Shown here in pieces: positions 1-9,934 of a stretch of 64,000 nt of DNA (positions are counted from its first letter, which is position 1; each line of letters starts with the position of its first letter). Both the position numbers and the translations under genes were made by a program. The stretch comes from an uncultured Lachnospiraceae bacterium (lineage in GTDB: Bacteria > Bacillota > Clostridia > Oscillospirales > CAG-272). The stretch spans positions 3,339 through 67,338 of the forward strand of contig CAZMZJ010000011.1 of assembly GCA_964570825.1 (NCBI GenBank), written 5' to 3'. The notes below the pieces were generated by a model, which saw only the letters and a list, made by a program, of their open reading frames with translations, was not told where the DNA came from and did no database searches.

Positions 1-215
1 GGGGAGGCTGTGGTTTCGGAATTACCGCCGTTATTCAGTTTCCCCGACGCTTCGGCTATCTCGAGCGCAAGCAAAACTATGGCAAGCACGATAAGTATTA
101 TTATGACCGCAAAAGAGGCAAAAAGTGCTATGCGCTTTCTTCTTCTGCGGCGCAGGCGTGCGGCACGCCCTGTTCCAAACTGCTGATTTATGTGACCGGG
201 CTCGCGGCTGTTCAT
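1..215 (-). CDS. Partial CDS (N-terminus only, continues past window start): basic tail plus one TM helix, membrane-anchored envelope protein (LCP-like?)
   Basis: Minus-strand ATG at 215 preceded by GAAAGGAAG. The frame stays open to position 1. Translation MNSREPGHINQQFGTGRAARLRRRRRKRIALFASFAVIIILIVLAIVLLALE. It is truncated, so it is not in the ORF track. Confidence 0.35.
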   Translation of the reverse strand, partial: MNSREPGHINQQFGTGRAARLRRRRRKRIALFASFAVIIILIVLAIVLLALEIAEASGKLNNGGNSETTAS

Positions 216-484
216 AATTTTTTCTTCCTTTCTGCAAATTCCGAAGCCTGTCCGTCGATTTGAAACGGTCAGAAATTGCTGTTTATGTTCGCTTTTTATT
301 TCATAGCCGGCAGTCGTTCATAAATTATTTACAAATTGTCTATAAATCATCTGATAATTAAAGGCTGTTCTGAGCTTCTCTTTTCTTAAGCCTGTGTCTT
401 ATATGTATGCCAAAGGTGACTTCTTAAAAAGTCACCTTCAGCATCTTTAGGGCGGAGCCCATGTTTTGGTAATCCGTTTATTTC

Positions 485-2599
485 TTATTTCGCGTCCTTG
501 ATCGAGAAGTCCATGCGGCCCTTCTTGTCAAGGCCGATATATTTTACTTTGACAATGTCGCCGAGTTTGAGAACGTCCTCAACCTTTTCTATTCTCTGCG
601 GCGCTATCTTGGAAATGTGCACCATGCCCTCCTTGCCGGGCGCGTATTCGACAAAACAGCCGAATTCCTTGATGCCGGTAACTTTGCCGGTGTAAACCGC
701 TCCGACCTCCGGCTCGAAGACGATGGCTTTAATGGCGTTAATGGCGATTTCCGCGCTCTCGGCGTTGACTGCCGCGATTACAACTGTTCCGTCGTCGTCA
801 ATGTCGATCTTGGCGCCGCTGTCGGCGACAATCTTCTGGATAACCGCGCCGCCCTTTCCGATGACTTCGCGGATCTTTTCGGGATCGATGTGAAGCGTCG
901 TCATCTTTGGAGCGTACTTCGAAACCTCGGCGCGCGGCGCGGGAATAGCCTTCAGAATTACTTCGTCGATTATATAGTCGCGGCCCTTGTGCGTGTCAGC
1001 CAGCGCCTTTTTGATGATTTCGGGCGTTAAGCCGTCGATCTTGAGGTCCATTTGTATCGAGGTGATGCCCTTGTGGGTGCCGGCAACCTTGAAGTCCATG
1101 TCGCCGTAAAAGTCCTCAAGACCCTGAATATCGAGCATCGTATCCCAGCTTCCGTCCTCGGCGGTGATAAGACCGCAGGAGATGCCGGCAACCGGCGCCT
1201 TTATCGGAACCCCGGCGTCCATCAGCGCCAGCGTGGAGCCGCAGACCGAGCCCTGCGAGGTTGAACCGTTGGAGGACAGAACGTCGGAAACAAGACGGAT
1301 GGAATACGGGAACTCTTCTTCTGAGGGAAGAACGGGAACGAGCGAACGCTCCGCAAGAGCTCCGTGGCCTATCTCGCGGCGTCCCGGACTGCGGATAGCC
1401 TTTGCCTCGCCGGTCGAGTATCCCGGCATATTGTAGTGGTGCATATAGCGCTTCGAGGTTTCGCTGTCAATGCCGTCGAGCATCTGCGCCTCGGAAAGCG
1501 TGCCGAGCGTCGCCGCAGTGAGAACCTGTGTCTGTCCCCTCGTGAATAGTCCTGAGCCGTGAGCGCGGGGCAGAATGCCCACTTCCGCAGCCAGAGGCCT
1601 TATCTGGTCCATGCGCCTGCCGTCCACTCTCTTTTTGTCGACCAGCAGCCAGCGACGGACGATCTTTTTCTGAATCTTATATATCAGCTCGGGAAGCTGA
1701 ATCGGAAGGTCCGGATATTCCTCTCCGAACTTTTCGAGAATCGCATCCTGAATCGGCACCATTCTCGCGTCACGGAGGCTCTTGTCGTCAGTATCAAGGG
1801 CGAACATGACGTCCTTCTCGCAGAATTCAAAAATTTTATCGAACATATCGTGGTCAAGCTCGCAGGAGGGATACTCGAACTTCGGCTTGCCGATTTCGTC
1901 GACAATCGCGTTGATAAAGCCGAGCAGATCCTTGATTTCCCTGTGGGCAACCATTATGGCGTTGAACATCGTGTCGTCGTCGACTTCGTTTGCGCCGGCT
2001 TCAATCATGACGACTTTCTTCATCGTGGCCGCGACCGTCAGCTGAAGGTCAGATTTCTTCTGCTGCTCGTCGGTCGGGTTTACAACCGGTTTGCCGTCGA
2101 CAAGACCCATTAGGACGCCGCCTATCGGCCCGTTCCACGGAATATCCGAAACGGCAAGGGCGATTGAGGCACCGATCATTGCCGTGATTTCGGGCGAGCA
2201 GTCGGGATCAACCGACATGACGGTGAGAGTCAGAGCGACGTCGTTGCGCAGATCCTTGGGAAACAGGGGGCGTATGGGACGGTCGATAACGCGGGAGGCG
2301 AGTATCGCCTTCTCGGACGGCTTTCCCTCCCTCTTAAGATATCCTCCGGGAATCTTTCCGGCGGCGTACATCCTCTCCTCAAAATCTACCGACAGCGGCA
2401 GAAAGTCTATGCCGTCCCGGGGCTTCGGCGACGCAGCGGCGCAGCAGAGCACGGCTGTTTCTCCGTATCTTACAAGCACCGAGCCGTTGGCAAGCCCGGC
2501 AAGTTTTCCCGACTCGACCACAAGCGGTCTGCCGGCAAGTGTGTAGTTGAATACCTTGTAGTTCTTAAACTGCATAGGTGTGCTGATTTTTTCCGACAT
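485..2599 (-). CDS. pnp: Polynucleotide phosphorylase (PNPase)
   Basis: About 700 aa. N-terminus LAGRPLVVESGKLAGLANGSVLVRYGETAVL, two RNase PH-like halves, and C-terminal KH and S1 regions (GKVTGIKEFGCFVEY). ATG at 2599 sits 9 nt after GGAGGA; the track start at 2602 is a TTG. Confidence 0.97.
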   Translation of the reverse strand: MSEKISTPMQFKNYKVFNYTLAGRPLVVESGKLAGLANGSVLVRYGETAVLCCAAASPKPRDGIDFLPLSVDFEERMYAAGKIPGGYLKREGKPSEKAILASRVIDRPIRPLFPKDLRNDVALTLTVMSVDPDCSPEITAMIGASIALAVSDIPWNGPIGGVLMGLVDGKPVVNPTDEQQKKSDLQLTVAATMKKVVMIEAGANEVDDDTMFNAIMVAHREIKDLLGFINAIVDEIGKPKFEYPSCELDHDMFDKIFEFCEKDVMFALDTDDKSLRDARMVPIQDAILEKFGEEYPDLPIQLPELIYKIQKKIVRRWLLVDKKRVDGRRMDQIRPLAAEVGILPRAHGSGLFTRGQTQVLTAATLGTLSEAQMLDGIDSETSKRYMHHYNMPGYSTGEAKAIRSPGRREIGHGALAERSLVPVLPSEEEFPYSIRLVSDVLSSNGSTSQGSVCGSTLALMDAGVPIKAPVAGISCGLITAEDGSWDTMLDIQGLEDFYGDMDFKVAGTHKGITSIQMDLKIDGLTPEIIKKALADTHKGRDYIIDEVILKAIPAPRAEVSKYAPKMTTLHIDPEKIREVIGKGGAVIQKIVADSGAKIDIDDDGTVVIAAVNAESAEIAINAIKAIVFEPEVGAVYTGKVTGIKEFGCFVEYAPGKEGMVHISKIAPQRIEKVEDVLKLGDIVKVKYIGLDKKGRMDFSIKDAK

Positions 2600-2648
2600 C
2601 AATAAATGTCCTCCGTTTTTATCTTATTTCTTTTTCATTTTTCATTCC

Positions 2649-2723
2649 CACGGAGGTTTAGCACTTAAATATCCGCCGGCAAAATATGCCGCGCGGCGTA
2701 TATTTAACTGCTAATCCGTCGTG
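2649..2723 (-). promoter_or_regulatory. Long imperfect hairpin in the rpsO-pnp intergenic leader
   Basis: Arms 2649-2672 and 2700-2723 are largely complementary, with an inner CGCCG/CGGCG extension. It lies between the rpsO stop and the pnp start. Confidence 0.3.
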
Positions 2724-2890
2724 AGAAATGTTTTTTGTTTTTTCTTCTTTTTCTCGCCTTTTCGCCTTCACCGGCGCAAGTGCGCATAAGCGCGCAGCGA
2801 TTAAGGAAGTCCTGTCCTTCACTGTCTAATAAAGAGTTAGGAGTGAGGAGCCGGATATATCCCGCTCGTCACTCCAAACAATTATGAAGA

Positions 2891-3154
2891 TTACTTTCTG
2901 ATGTTCAGCTTGTCGATGATTGCGCGGTAACGCTCGATGTCGACATTCATAAGATAGCCCAGCAGATTTCTTCTGTGACCGACCATCTTCTGAAGCCCCC
3001 GGCGGCTGTGATGATCCATCGGGTTTGCCTTGAGGTGTTCGGTAAGGTTCTTGATGCGGGCCGAGAGCAGCGCTATCTGCACCTCGGGAGAACCGGTGTC
3101 GCCTTCATGTGTGGCGAACTCCGCCATAATTGCTTTCTTTTCTTCTGTGTTCAT
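2891..3154 (-). CDS. rpsO: 30S ribosomal protein S15
   Basis: 87 aa containing [37 protein letters not shown], typical of S15. It lies upstream of pnp, as in the conserved rpsO-pnp arrangement. Confidence 0.97.
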   Translation of the reverse strand: MNTEEKKAIMAEFATHEGDTGSPEVQIALLSARIKNLTEHLKANPMDHHSRRGLQKMVGHRRNLLGYLMNVDIERYRAIIDKLNIRK

Positions 3155-3366
3155 TGTTTTTCACCTTTCAAAATATTGCACTGACACAGAATCCGGCCGG
3201 TGAAGCGCCGCAAGCGGCTTTAATCCGGATACCGAGCCAATGTTATGCAAATTAAATTATACCATACCTTTTATGACTTGTAAAGGGCATTTTTCAATAA
3301 TTTATTATCCGATTATTCGACCGGATTATAAATAACGGCAGCTCTAAGGATGTAGCAGTTTCTTTT

Positions 3367-3789
3367 TCATTTTTCTTCCTTTTCCTTTTTCTTTTCTTCC
3401 TTTTTACCTTTACCGCAGCGTCTGAATTCCAAAAGAGTCCTTGCCGCAGACGCGCTCCCGGACGCGAGCAGCATGATCCCGAAAAGCTTGCCGAGAAAAA
3501 CAGGGGCGGCGAGCGCGGCGAGGTATGTCCCGAGCAGGGCCCCGGCAGCGCCGGCGAGAGTCATGAGAATTACAGCTCCCCAGAGAATTTTCCGCTTCCT
3601 TAAATGAATGATGAGCGACGCCGAGGAGGAAAACAGAAAAAAATAAAGATTCAGCCCCTGCGCCTCAAGCTGCGGCAGCTTTTCCACACCGGTCAGCCAG
3701 ACGACAAAAAGACCGGCGCTTCCGACTCCCATGCCCGAAAGGATTGCTATTAAAAATCCGGCGATTATTTCTGTTTCAGCAAAAATCAT
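3367..3789 (-). CDS. Half-size TSUP (TauE/SafE-like) membrane protein, lysine/glutamate-rich C-tail
   Basis: 140 aa with about 4 TM helices, a glycine-rich first helix (LSGMGVGSAG), and the tail KGKKEEKKKEKEEK. Confidence 0.6.
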   Translation of the reverse strand: MIFAETEIIAGFLIAILSGMGVGSAGLFVVWLTGVEKLPQLEAQGLNLYFFLFSSSASLIIHLRKRKILWGAVILMTLAGAAGALLGTYLAALAAPVFLGKLFGIMLLASGSASAARTLLEFRRCGKGKKEEKKKEKEEK

Positions 3790-3873
3790 GCCATGCCTTT
3801 CCGTGCGTCCGGCTTCCGATTATAATTTGCGCCTTCCATACCGTTTAATACGTTTCACAGTTAAAATTGCAGA

Positions 3874-4248
3874 TTATAATATCATTGTTATGCCCGACCA
3901 TATCACGACAGCGGCGAAAATCAGCCTGAGCAGGCGCGCGTTAATGCGGTCGAGAAAAAAACCGCCGACAAGTCCTCCCGCGACGGCGGGAAGAGCCAGA
4001 TAGTTTAGCCTTACTCCGGGCACCGCGCCGTTTGCTGCGTAAAGCACGGCTGACAGTACCGAAAGGGGCAGCATTATGCAAAGAGTTGTGGCAAAGGCGT
4101 CGCGGCCGTCACATTTCTGCCGGCGAAGCACATAGCTCAGCGCGAAAACGGATATTATTCCTCCGCCGGCCCCGAGCAGGCCGTTTACAAGCCCTGAGGC
4201 AAAGCCCGCAGCCCCGAGAAATATGCTTTTTGACACGCCGGAACGCAC
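3874..4248 (-). CDS. Half-size TSUP (TauE/SafE-like) membrane protein
   Basis: 124 aa with about 4 TM helices and the motif GLVNGLLGAGGGIISV typical of TauE/SafE (DUF81). Confidence 0.65.
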   Translation of the reverse strand: MRSGVSKSIFLGAAGFASGLVNGLLGAGGGIISVFALSYVLRRQKCDGRDAFATTLCIMLPLSVLSAVLYAANGAVPGVRLNYLALPAVAGGLVGGFFLDRINARLLRLIFAAVVIWSGITMIL

Positions 4249-4616
4249 GAGTTCATCCCCTTCCGTGTGAAAATATTAAAGATTATCTGTTTTTTTCGCT
4301 ATCTGAAGGAAAAATCCGGAGCTTCTGCATTTTTTTCTGAGGCTCTTGAAATAACAGCTGCCGGATGCTATAATAATATAATGAGAAAAGCTTATGCAGC
4401 TGCGGCAAAAATCCACCTGACATGCGGCATCCGAGCACACGCCGCACGACCGGAACGGACCGGCTGTATTTTATTATTATCTATTATCTGCCGCATACGG
4501 CCGAATAATTCGCGGCGCATGGCTTTTACGCGGTCTTTAATTTATAACGTCAATAAATCATCTCTTTATCGGGGCAGGTCTTTCGTGTTTTCCCGACTGA
4601 AAGGACGCTTATACAG

Positions 4617-7574
4617 ATGGCTGAAAACAAAAAAGCGGTAAACAATAAAAACTTAAAAGGACAGCCTCCGGCTGATAAATCCCCAAACACCGGTTCAAAG
4701 GCGCTTTCTGCCGGCAGAAGCGAGCGGAGAACGCCGCGCCGCTCGGGAGAGCCTATTAAAAACGCGATTCCGGCAGCGCCGCAGTCGGCTAAATTCATAC
4801 ACCAGCTTTTGCCTTATCTCCTGCTTATGCTGGCCCTTTTTATTGCGGTCAGCTATATTTTCGTCGCCGCGGACGCCGGAGGAAGCGTCGGCGTTCTGGG
4901 CGGCTTTATGAACAACATTTTCTGCGGACTGTTCGGCTGGCCGGCGTATCTTCTGCCTCTCGTGCTGCTCAACCTCGCGGTGTTCTGGAGAAAATATATT
5001 GATATGGAGCTGACAGGGCTCAAAATTTCGCTGTCCTTCCTGATTATGCTCGCAGTGTCGGCGCTCGTGCATGTCGTGACTATTAACGAAACGGGAAGCA
5101 TCGGATTTAACATCGGAGATCTGTGGTATAACGGAATTGTCCTGCGCGGGGGCGGCGTCTTCGGCGGGCTCGCAGGCGAAATCTGCTTCAAGGCACTGGG
5201 AATAGTAGGCTCGATGATAATCCTTATCCCGCTGATTTTTATCCTGCTGATGTTCCTTTTCGGAACCACGCCGCGCGGAATGGGGCTTTACATCGGACGC
5301 AAGCTCCGCGATTGGGCGGAGCGGCAGAAGAAAGCACGCGAGGAGGCTGAGGCAAAATTCGCAGCAAGCGCCTCAAGCACAGCTAACGGCGCGGATACCT
5401 CGGAAAAGGACGGCGACAAGACTTCTGAAAGTGCCGCCATGATGGGCGGCGCCGACGGCATAAAGCTGAGCCGGCGTGAACTGAAAAAGCTTAGAAAAGC
5501 CGAGAAAAAGAAACAGAAGGAAATGCTCCGCCGGCATGAGGCGCTCTCGGGCGCCGACGCCGTACCGCACGATGCGGTGTTCACCGAAGGGCATAAGCCT
5601 GTTATGGGAAACAGCGGCGCGGCTCAATCCGAAAACCAGAAAACATCAGATAATATATCCGGCACTATCGCCGGCGCGGCTGCAGAGAAGCCGGGCGGCA
5701 ATGGCGATGCCGGCAAGAATATGCCTGCGGATGAAAGCAGATATGCCGGCGGGGCTATTCCGCTCGGCGCGGCAGAAGACAAAAATTCAGACAAGGGCAA
5801 AAAGGATGGGAAAACAACCGAAGTGCTTGAGCCGGTGCGGTCCGGCGGCATCAGCGCCCTGACGGAACAGCTTCTGCACGACGAGGATTATAATGACCTC
5901 AACGAGCTGCTGAAGGATAATCATAATACAGCTCAAAAAGCCGCGGATGCGGCGTCCGGCGGTAACGGCAAGGACAAAAACAAGGACAATGACAATATCG
6001 ACATGGGCCTGATTGTTAATACCGAGGATATCTCAGACCTGATCGAGAGCGACGACATTCCCCCGACTACCGACGGAAAGCAGCTTACAACTTATATGTT
6101 TCCTCCCTTTGACCTGCTTGCCGCCGACACAAACCCGAAGGAGGCCGATTACTCGGAGGAGCTGAAAGAAAACGCAAAGAAGCTTATGGACACACTCGCA
6201 AGCTTCAATGTCAGAATTAAGGAAATCAATTATTCCAGAGGGCCGACAATAACCCGCTACGAACTGAAGCCCGATGCCGGCGTTCGCGTGCGCTCTATTG
6301 CAAACCTTGTGGACGACATCGCGCTCAGCCTCGCTACCTCCGGAGTGAGAATCGAGGCGCCTATTCCGGGCAAGGCGGCGGTGGGCGTCGAGGTGCCGAA
6401 CCGCAGCCAGGCAACTGTGTATCTGCGCACACTCATCGAGTCCCCGACTTTCGCCGAAACAGCCAGCAGGCTCGCGGTCTGCCTCGGAATGGACGTCGCC
6501 GGCAAGCCCATTTATTTCAATATCGACAAGATGCCTCACCTGCTTATCGCCGGAGCCACCGGCATGGGAAAGTCGGTCTGCATCAACAGCATTATCGTCA
6601 GCATCCTTTACAAGGCAAAGCCCGACGAGGTAAAGCTGATTCTTGTCGACCCCAAAAAGGTCGAGTTCAATGTTTATAAGGAAATGCCGCATCTGTATGT
6701 TCCGGTGGTCAGCGATCCCAAAAAGGCCGCGGGAGTTCTCGCAACGGCCGTCGCCGAGATGGAGCGCCGCTTTGAGATGATCGAGGACTTAAACGTCCGC
6801 GACATTACCAGCTACAACCGCATTGCCGAAACCGACCCCGACATCAAGCCTATGCCACGCATCGTGATTATCATCGACGAGCTGGCAGACCTCATGATGA
6901 CGGCCCCGGACGACGTCGAAACCGCTATATGCCGGCTCGCGCAAAAGGCCAGAGCATCCGGAATTCATCTCATTATCGGCACGCAGAGACCGTCTGTCGA
7001 CGTCATCACCGGCCTTATTAAGGCTAACATCCCGTCGCGTATCGCGTTCACCGTAGCGTCTCAGGTCGACTCGCGCACTATTCTCGATGTGGCGGGCGCC
7101 GAAAAGCTGATAGGACGCGGCGATATGCTCTTCGCACCTGTAGGCGCGGCTAAAGCCATACGAGTGCAGGGAGCGTATGTCGGCGAGGTCGAGGTCGAAA
7201 ATATCGTCGAGTACCTCAAGACACACAACAATACCGCTGAGTACGACGACGAATTTGTCAAACGGATCGAAGAGGAAGCCGCTAAGTGCGGCAACAAGAA
7301 GGGCGCCGGCTCCGCCGCGGCCAATATCGAGGATATCGGCGGCGACGGGAACGACCCGAAGCTGCGCGAAGCGATTGAGCTTGCAATCGAAACCGGTAAA
7401 ATTTCCACATCTCTTATGCAGCGCCGGCTTGAGGTGGGCTACGGACGCGCCGCCAAAATCATCGACCAGATGGAACAGCTCGGTTATGTCAGCGCCGCAG
7501 ACGGAAACAAACCCAGAAAGGTGCTCATTACCAAAGAGCAGTTCATGGAGAAGGTTATCAACAACAACGTATAG
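4617..7574 (+). CDS. ftsK: DNA translocase FtsK/SpoIIIE
   Basis: 985 aa with N-terminal TM helices, a long low-complexity linker, a motor domain carrying Walker A GATGMGKS and IIIDELADL, and a C-terminal winged-helix gamma domain. Confidence 0.95.
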   Translation: MAENKKAVNNKNLKGQPPADKSPNTGSKALSAGRSERRTPRRSGEPIKNAIPAAPQSAKFIHQLLPYLLLMLALFIAVSYIFVAADAGGSVGVLGGFMNNIFCGLFGWPAYLLPLVLLNLAVFWRKYIDMELTGLKISLSFLIMLAVSALVHVVTINETGSIGFNIGDLWYNGIVLRGGGVFGGLAGEICFKALGIVGSMIILIPLIFILLMFLFGTTPRGMGLYIGRKLRDWAERQKKAREEAEAKFAASASSTANGADTSEKDGDKTSESAAMMGGADGIKLSRRELKKLRKAEKKKQKEMLRRHEALSGADAVPHDAVFTEGHKPVMGNSGAAQSENQKTSDNISGTIAGAAAEKPGGNGDAGKNMPADESRYAGGAIPLGAAEDKNSDKGKKDGKTTEVLEPVRSGGISALTEQLLHDEDYNDLNELLKDNHNTAQKAADAASGGNGKDKNKDNDNIDMGLIVNTEDISDLIESDDIPPTTDGKQLTTYMFPPFDLLAADTNPKEADYSEELKENAKKLMDTLASFNVRIKEINYSRGPTITRYELKPDAGVRVRSIANLVDDIALSLATSGVRIEAPIPGKAAVGVEVPNRSQATVYLRTLIESPTFAETASRLAVCLGMDVAGKPIYFNIDKMPHLLIAGATGMGKSVCINSIIVSILYKAKPDEVKLILVDPKKVEFNVYKEMPHLYVPVVSDPKKAAGVLATAVAEMERRFEMIEDLNVRDITSYNRIAETDPDIKPMPRIVIIIDELADLMMTAPDDVETAICRLAQKARASGIHLIIGTQRPSVDVITGLIKANIPSRIAFTVASQVDSRTILDVAGAEKLIGRGDMLFAPVGAAKAIRVQGAYVGEVEVENIVEYLKTHNNTAEYDDEFVKRIEEEAAKCGNKKGAGSAAANIEDIGGDGNDPKLREAIELAIETGKISTSLMQRRLEVGYGRAAKIIDQMEQLGYVSAADGNKPRKVLITKEQFMEKVINNNV

Positions 7575-7595
7575 TGTATAATTAAGCCTGACAAG

Positions 7596-7630
7596 AAAGC
7601 AGCCCGTTTTTTAAGGGCTGCTTTGTGTTT
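7596..7630 (+). terminator. Rho-independent terminator after ftsK
   Basis: Stem AAAGCAGCCC / GGGCTGCTTT followed by a T-rich tail. Confidence 0.7.
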
Positions 7631-7842
7631 GCATATGCGTGCGCATCGGCGTCCGATTGTTATCATAGGTTCATTATTGGAATAATAAAAACTGAAACCG
7701 CACGATAAATTGGAGAATATTATAATAGTAATTCCGAATATGGAATATTTTATTTCCGAAAACCTATTGACAAGCCTTCGGCGCTGCTATATAATAGAAG
7801 TGAAAACAAAACTGATTTAAGAACCGGAAGGCAGATATTTAT

Positions 7843-8970
7843 ATGAAGCAGACGAAAAAAATAATATCCCCAGTGGAACAGAAAACCGACAAAAGCGAAA
7901 AGCTCAAGGCGCTTGACACGGCGATAGCTCAGCTCGAAAAGGATTTCGGCCAGGGAACCATAATGAAGCTGGGCGAGAATACCCATATGGAGGTTCAGGC
8001 GGTACACACCGGCTCTATTTCTCTCGATTTCGCGCTCGGCATCGGCGGACTGCCGCGCGGAAGAATTACCGAAATATTCGGGCCGGAATCGTCAGGCAAA
8101 ACAACGGTCGCGCTTCATGTGATTGCCGAGGTCCAGAAAATCGGCGGCGAGGCCGCCTTTATCGACGCGGAGCACGCGCTCGATCCGGTCTACGCCAAGG
8201 CGCTCGGCGTCGATATCAACAACCTGCTTGTTTCACAGCCCGACTGCGGAGAGGACGCGCTCGAGATAACCGAGGCCCTCGTGCGCTCGGGCGCTGTGGA
8301 CGTCATTGTCATTGACTCGGTCGCAGCCCTCGTTCCGCGCCAGGAAATCGAGGGGGATATGGGCGCTTCAACCGTCGGCGTTCAGGCCAGACTTATGTCG
8401 CAGGCCATGAGAAAGCTTTCTGCGGTCATTTCAAAGAGCAACTGCATCGTCATCTTCATAAACCAGCTGCGCGAGAAGGTCGGCGTCTTCTACGGCAACC
8501 CCGAAACAACAACCGGCGGCCGCGCGCTCAAGTTCTATGCCTCGGTGCGTATCGACGTCCGCAAAACCGACCAGCTCAAGAACGGCAACGAAATATGCGG
8601 CAACAGGGTGAAATGCAAGATTGTCAAAAACAAGGTGGCTCCCCCCTTCAGAGTCGCCGAGTTCGATATCATTTACGGAAAGGGCATCTCGCGCTCCAGC
8701 GAAATTTTCGATTACGCGCTTAAACTCGATATTATCAAAAAAAGCGGCTCGTGGTTCTCTTATAACGGCGAAAGAATCGGGCAGGGCAAGGATAACGCCA
8801 GAAAAACAATCGAGGAAAATCCGGCGCTTATGGACGAGCTCGAAGAAAAAATACGCTCTATGAGCGACAACGCACAGATTAAAGAAGAATTTGTGCTTGA
8901 CGAGGAAAACGAGGGTGAAGACGGGGAAGAATTCGAAATAAAACTTAAGAACGGGGAAGATGCGGAATAA
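7843..8970 (+). CDS. recA: Recombinase RecA
   Basis: 375 aa containing [23 protein letters not shown] and the P-loop GPESSGKTT. Confidence 0.98.
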   Translation: MKQTKKIISPVEQKTDKSEKLKALDTAIAQLEKDFGQGTIMKLGENTHMEVQAVHTGSISLDFALGIGGLPRGRITEIFGPESSGKTTVALHVIAEVQKIGGEAAFIDAEHALDPVYAKALGVDINNLLVSQPDCGEDALEITEALVRSGAVDVIVIDSVAALVPRQEIEGDMGASTVGVQARLMSQAMRKLSAVISKSNCIVIFINQLREKVGVFYGNPETTTGGRALKFYASVRIDVRKTDQLKNGNEICGNRVKCKIVKNKVAPPFRVAEFDIIYGKGISRSSEIFDYALKLDIIKKSGSWFSYNGERIGQGKDNARKTIEENPALMDELEEKIRSMSDNAQIKEEFVLDEENEGEDGEEFEIKLKNGEDAE

Positions 8971-9631
8971 ACGGCATATGAAAATTGAGATTGAAAACAC
9001 CTTGGCGCTCGAGGGCGGAGATGTTTCTGTCAGTCTTGCTTTATGCAGCGCGGAGAACGTTGAAAAAAAGACTTTTATTATATCGCCTGAGGACTGGCGC
9101 GGCCTGCGCCCGAAAAACGGCAGGGAGCTTAACACGGCGGATTATGACGCGCTTGAAGCCGCGGCCGCTTTCCACAGCGCGCTCCAAAAGGGGCTCGGCC
9201 TGCTTTCATACGGCGCAAATTCACACGACGCGATCGAACGCAAGCTGATACGCCGCGGCGTCGACGCCAAAACAGCTTTGCTTGCCGCCGATTATCTCGG
9301 CACTCACGGTTATATAAACGAAAGCTCGGACGCCGACTCGATTATTCAGCAGTGCCTTGCAAAAGGCTATGGAAAAAGAAGAATCATCCTCAAGCTGAGG
9401 GAAAGAGGCTACGGCGGCAGGGTGCTGTCCGAAGCCGAGGAAAAACTGTCGAATGTCGATTTCGCGGAAAACTGTGCCGGCGTCATCAGAAAAAGGTGCG
9501 GAAGGATTCCGCCCGACAGGGAGTCGCGCGACAGAATAGTCGCGGCAATGATAAGATACGGCTACTGCTTCTCTGAAATCCGCGACGCGGTCAGGCTGCT
9601 CGAGAATGAAGAAAGCGAAAAAAGTCAATAA
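8960..9631 (+). CDS. recX: Recombination regulator RecX
   Basis: Lies immediately downstream of and overlapping recA. Helical-repeat protein with [24 protein letters not shown]; an alternative start exists at 8978. Confidence 0.8.
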   Translation: MRNKRHMKIEIENTLALEGGDVSVSLALCSAENVEKKTFIISPEDWRGLRPKNGRELNTADYDALEAAAAFHSALQKGLGLLSYGANSHDAIERKLIRRGVDAKTALLAADYLGTHGYINESSDADSIIQQCLAKGYGKRRIILKLRERGYGGRVLSEAEEKLSNVDFAENCAGVIRKRCGRIPPDRESRDRIVAAMIRYGYCFSEIRDAVRLLENEESEKSQ

Positions 9632-9681
9632 AATGAAAAAAGCAGAGAAAGCAGAGAAAGCAGAAAAAGAGAAAAAATAAT

Positions 9682-9712
9682 AATCCAGCCGTATGCAGCG
9701 GCTGGATTTTTT
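9682..9712. terminator. Terminator between convergent recX and the small zinc-ribbon gene
   Basis: Stem AATCCAGCCG / CGGCTGGATT followed by TTTTT. Confidence 0.75.
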
Positions 9713-9730
9713 ATATTAAGGAGTATGTCC

Positions 9731-9934
9731 TCATTCCCTCGGAGTGAAAAGCTGACAGCCGAGGTCGCGGTAACGCTCTATCATATCCCGAAGGCGCGCC
9801 GGGGAAATGCCCATCCTCTTGCCGAGACAGTCTATGCAGTAATACTCGGTGATATTATGCCCGAGAAGCTTGATTGAAAGCCCCTCCTCATCCGGGTGCA
9901 GCGGCTTTTTGCAGCAGGTGCAGAAGGTTTTCAT
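9731..9934 (-). CDS. Small zinc-ribbon protein (two CxxC pairs), unknown function
   Basis: 67 aa containing CTCC and CIDC. Its start overlaps the alpha-galactosidase stop (TGATG). Confidence 0.5.
   Translation of the reverse strand: MKTFCTCCKKPLHPDEEGLSIKLLGHNITEYYCIDCLGKRMGISPARLRDMIERYRDLGCQLFTPRE

Noticed and set aside
31-237. 68-aa minus-strand ORF listed in the track at the window start
   Set aside because: A different minus-strand frame starting at 215 has an RBS, gives a plausible basic-tail-plus-TM N-terminus, and stays open to the window edge. The listed ORF is Arg/Cys/His-rich and looks like an out-of-frame artefact.
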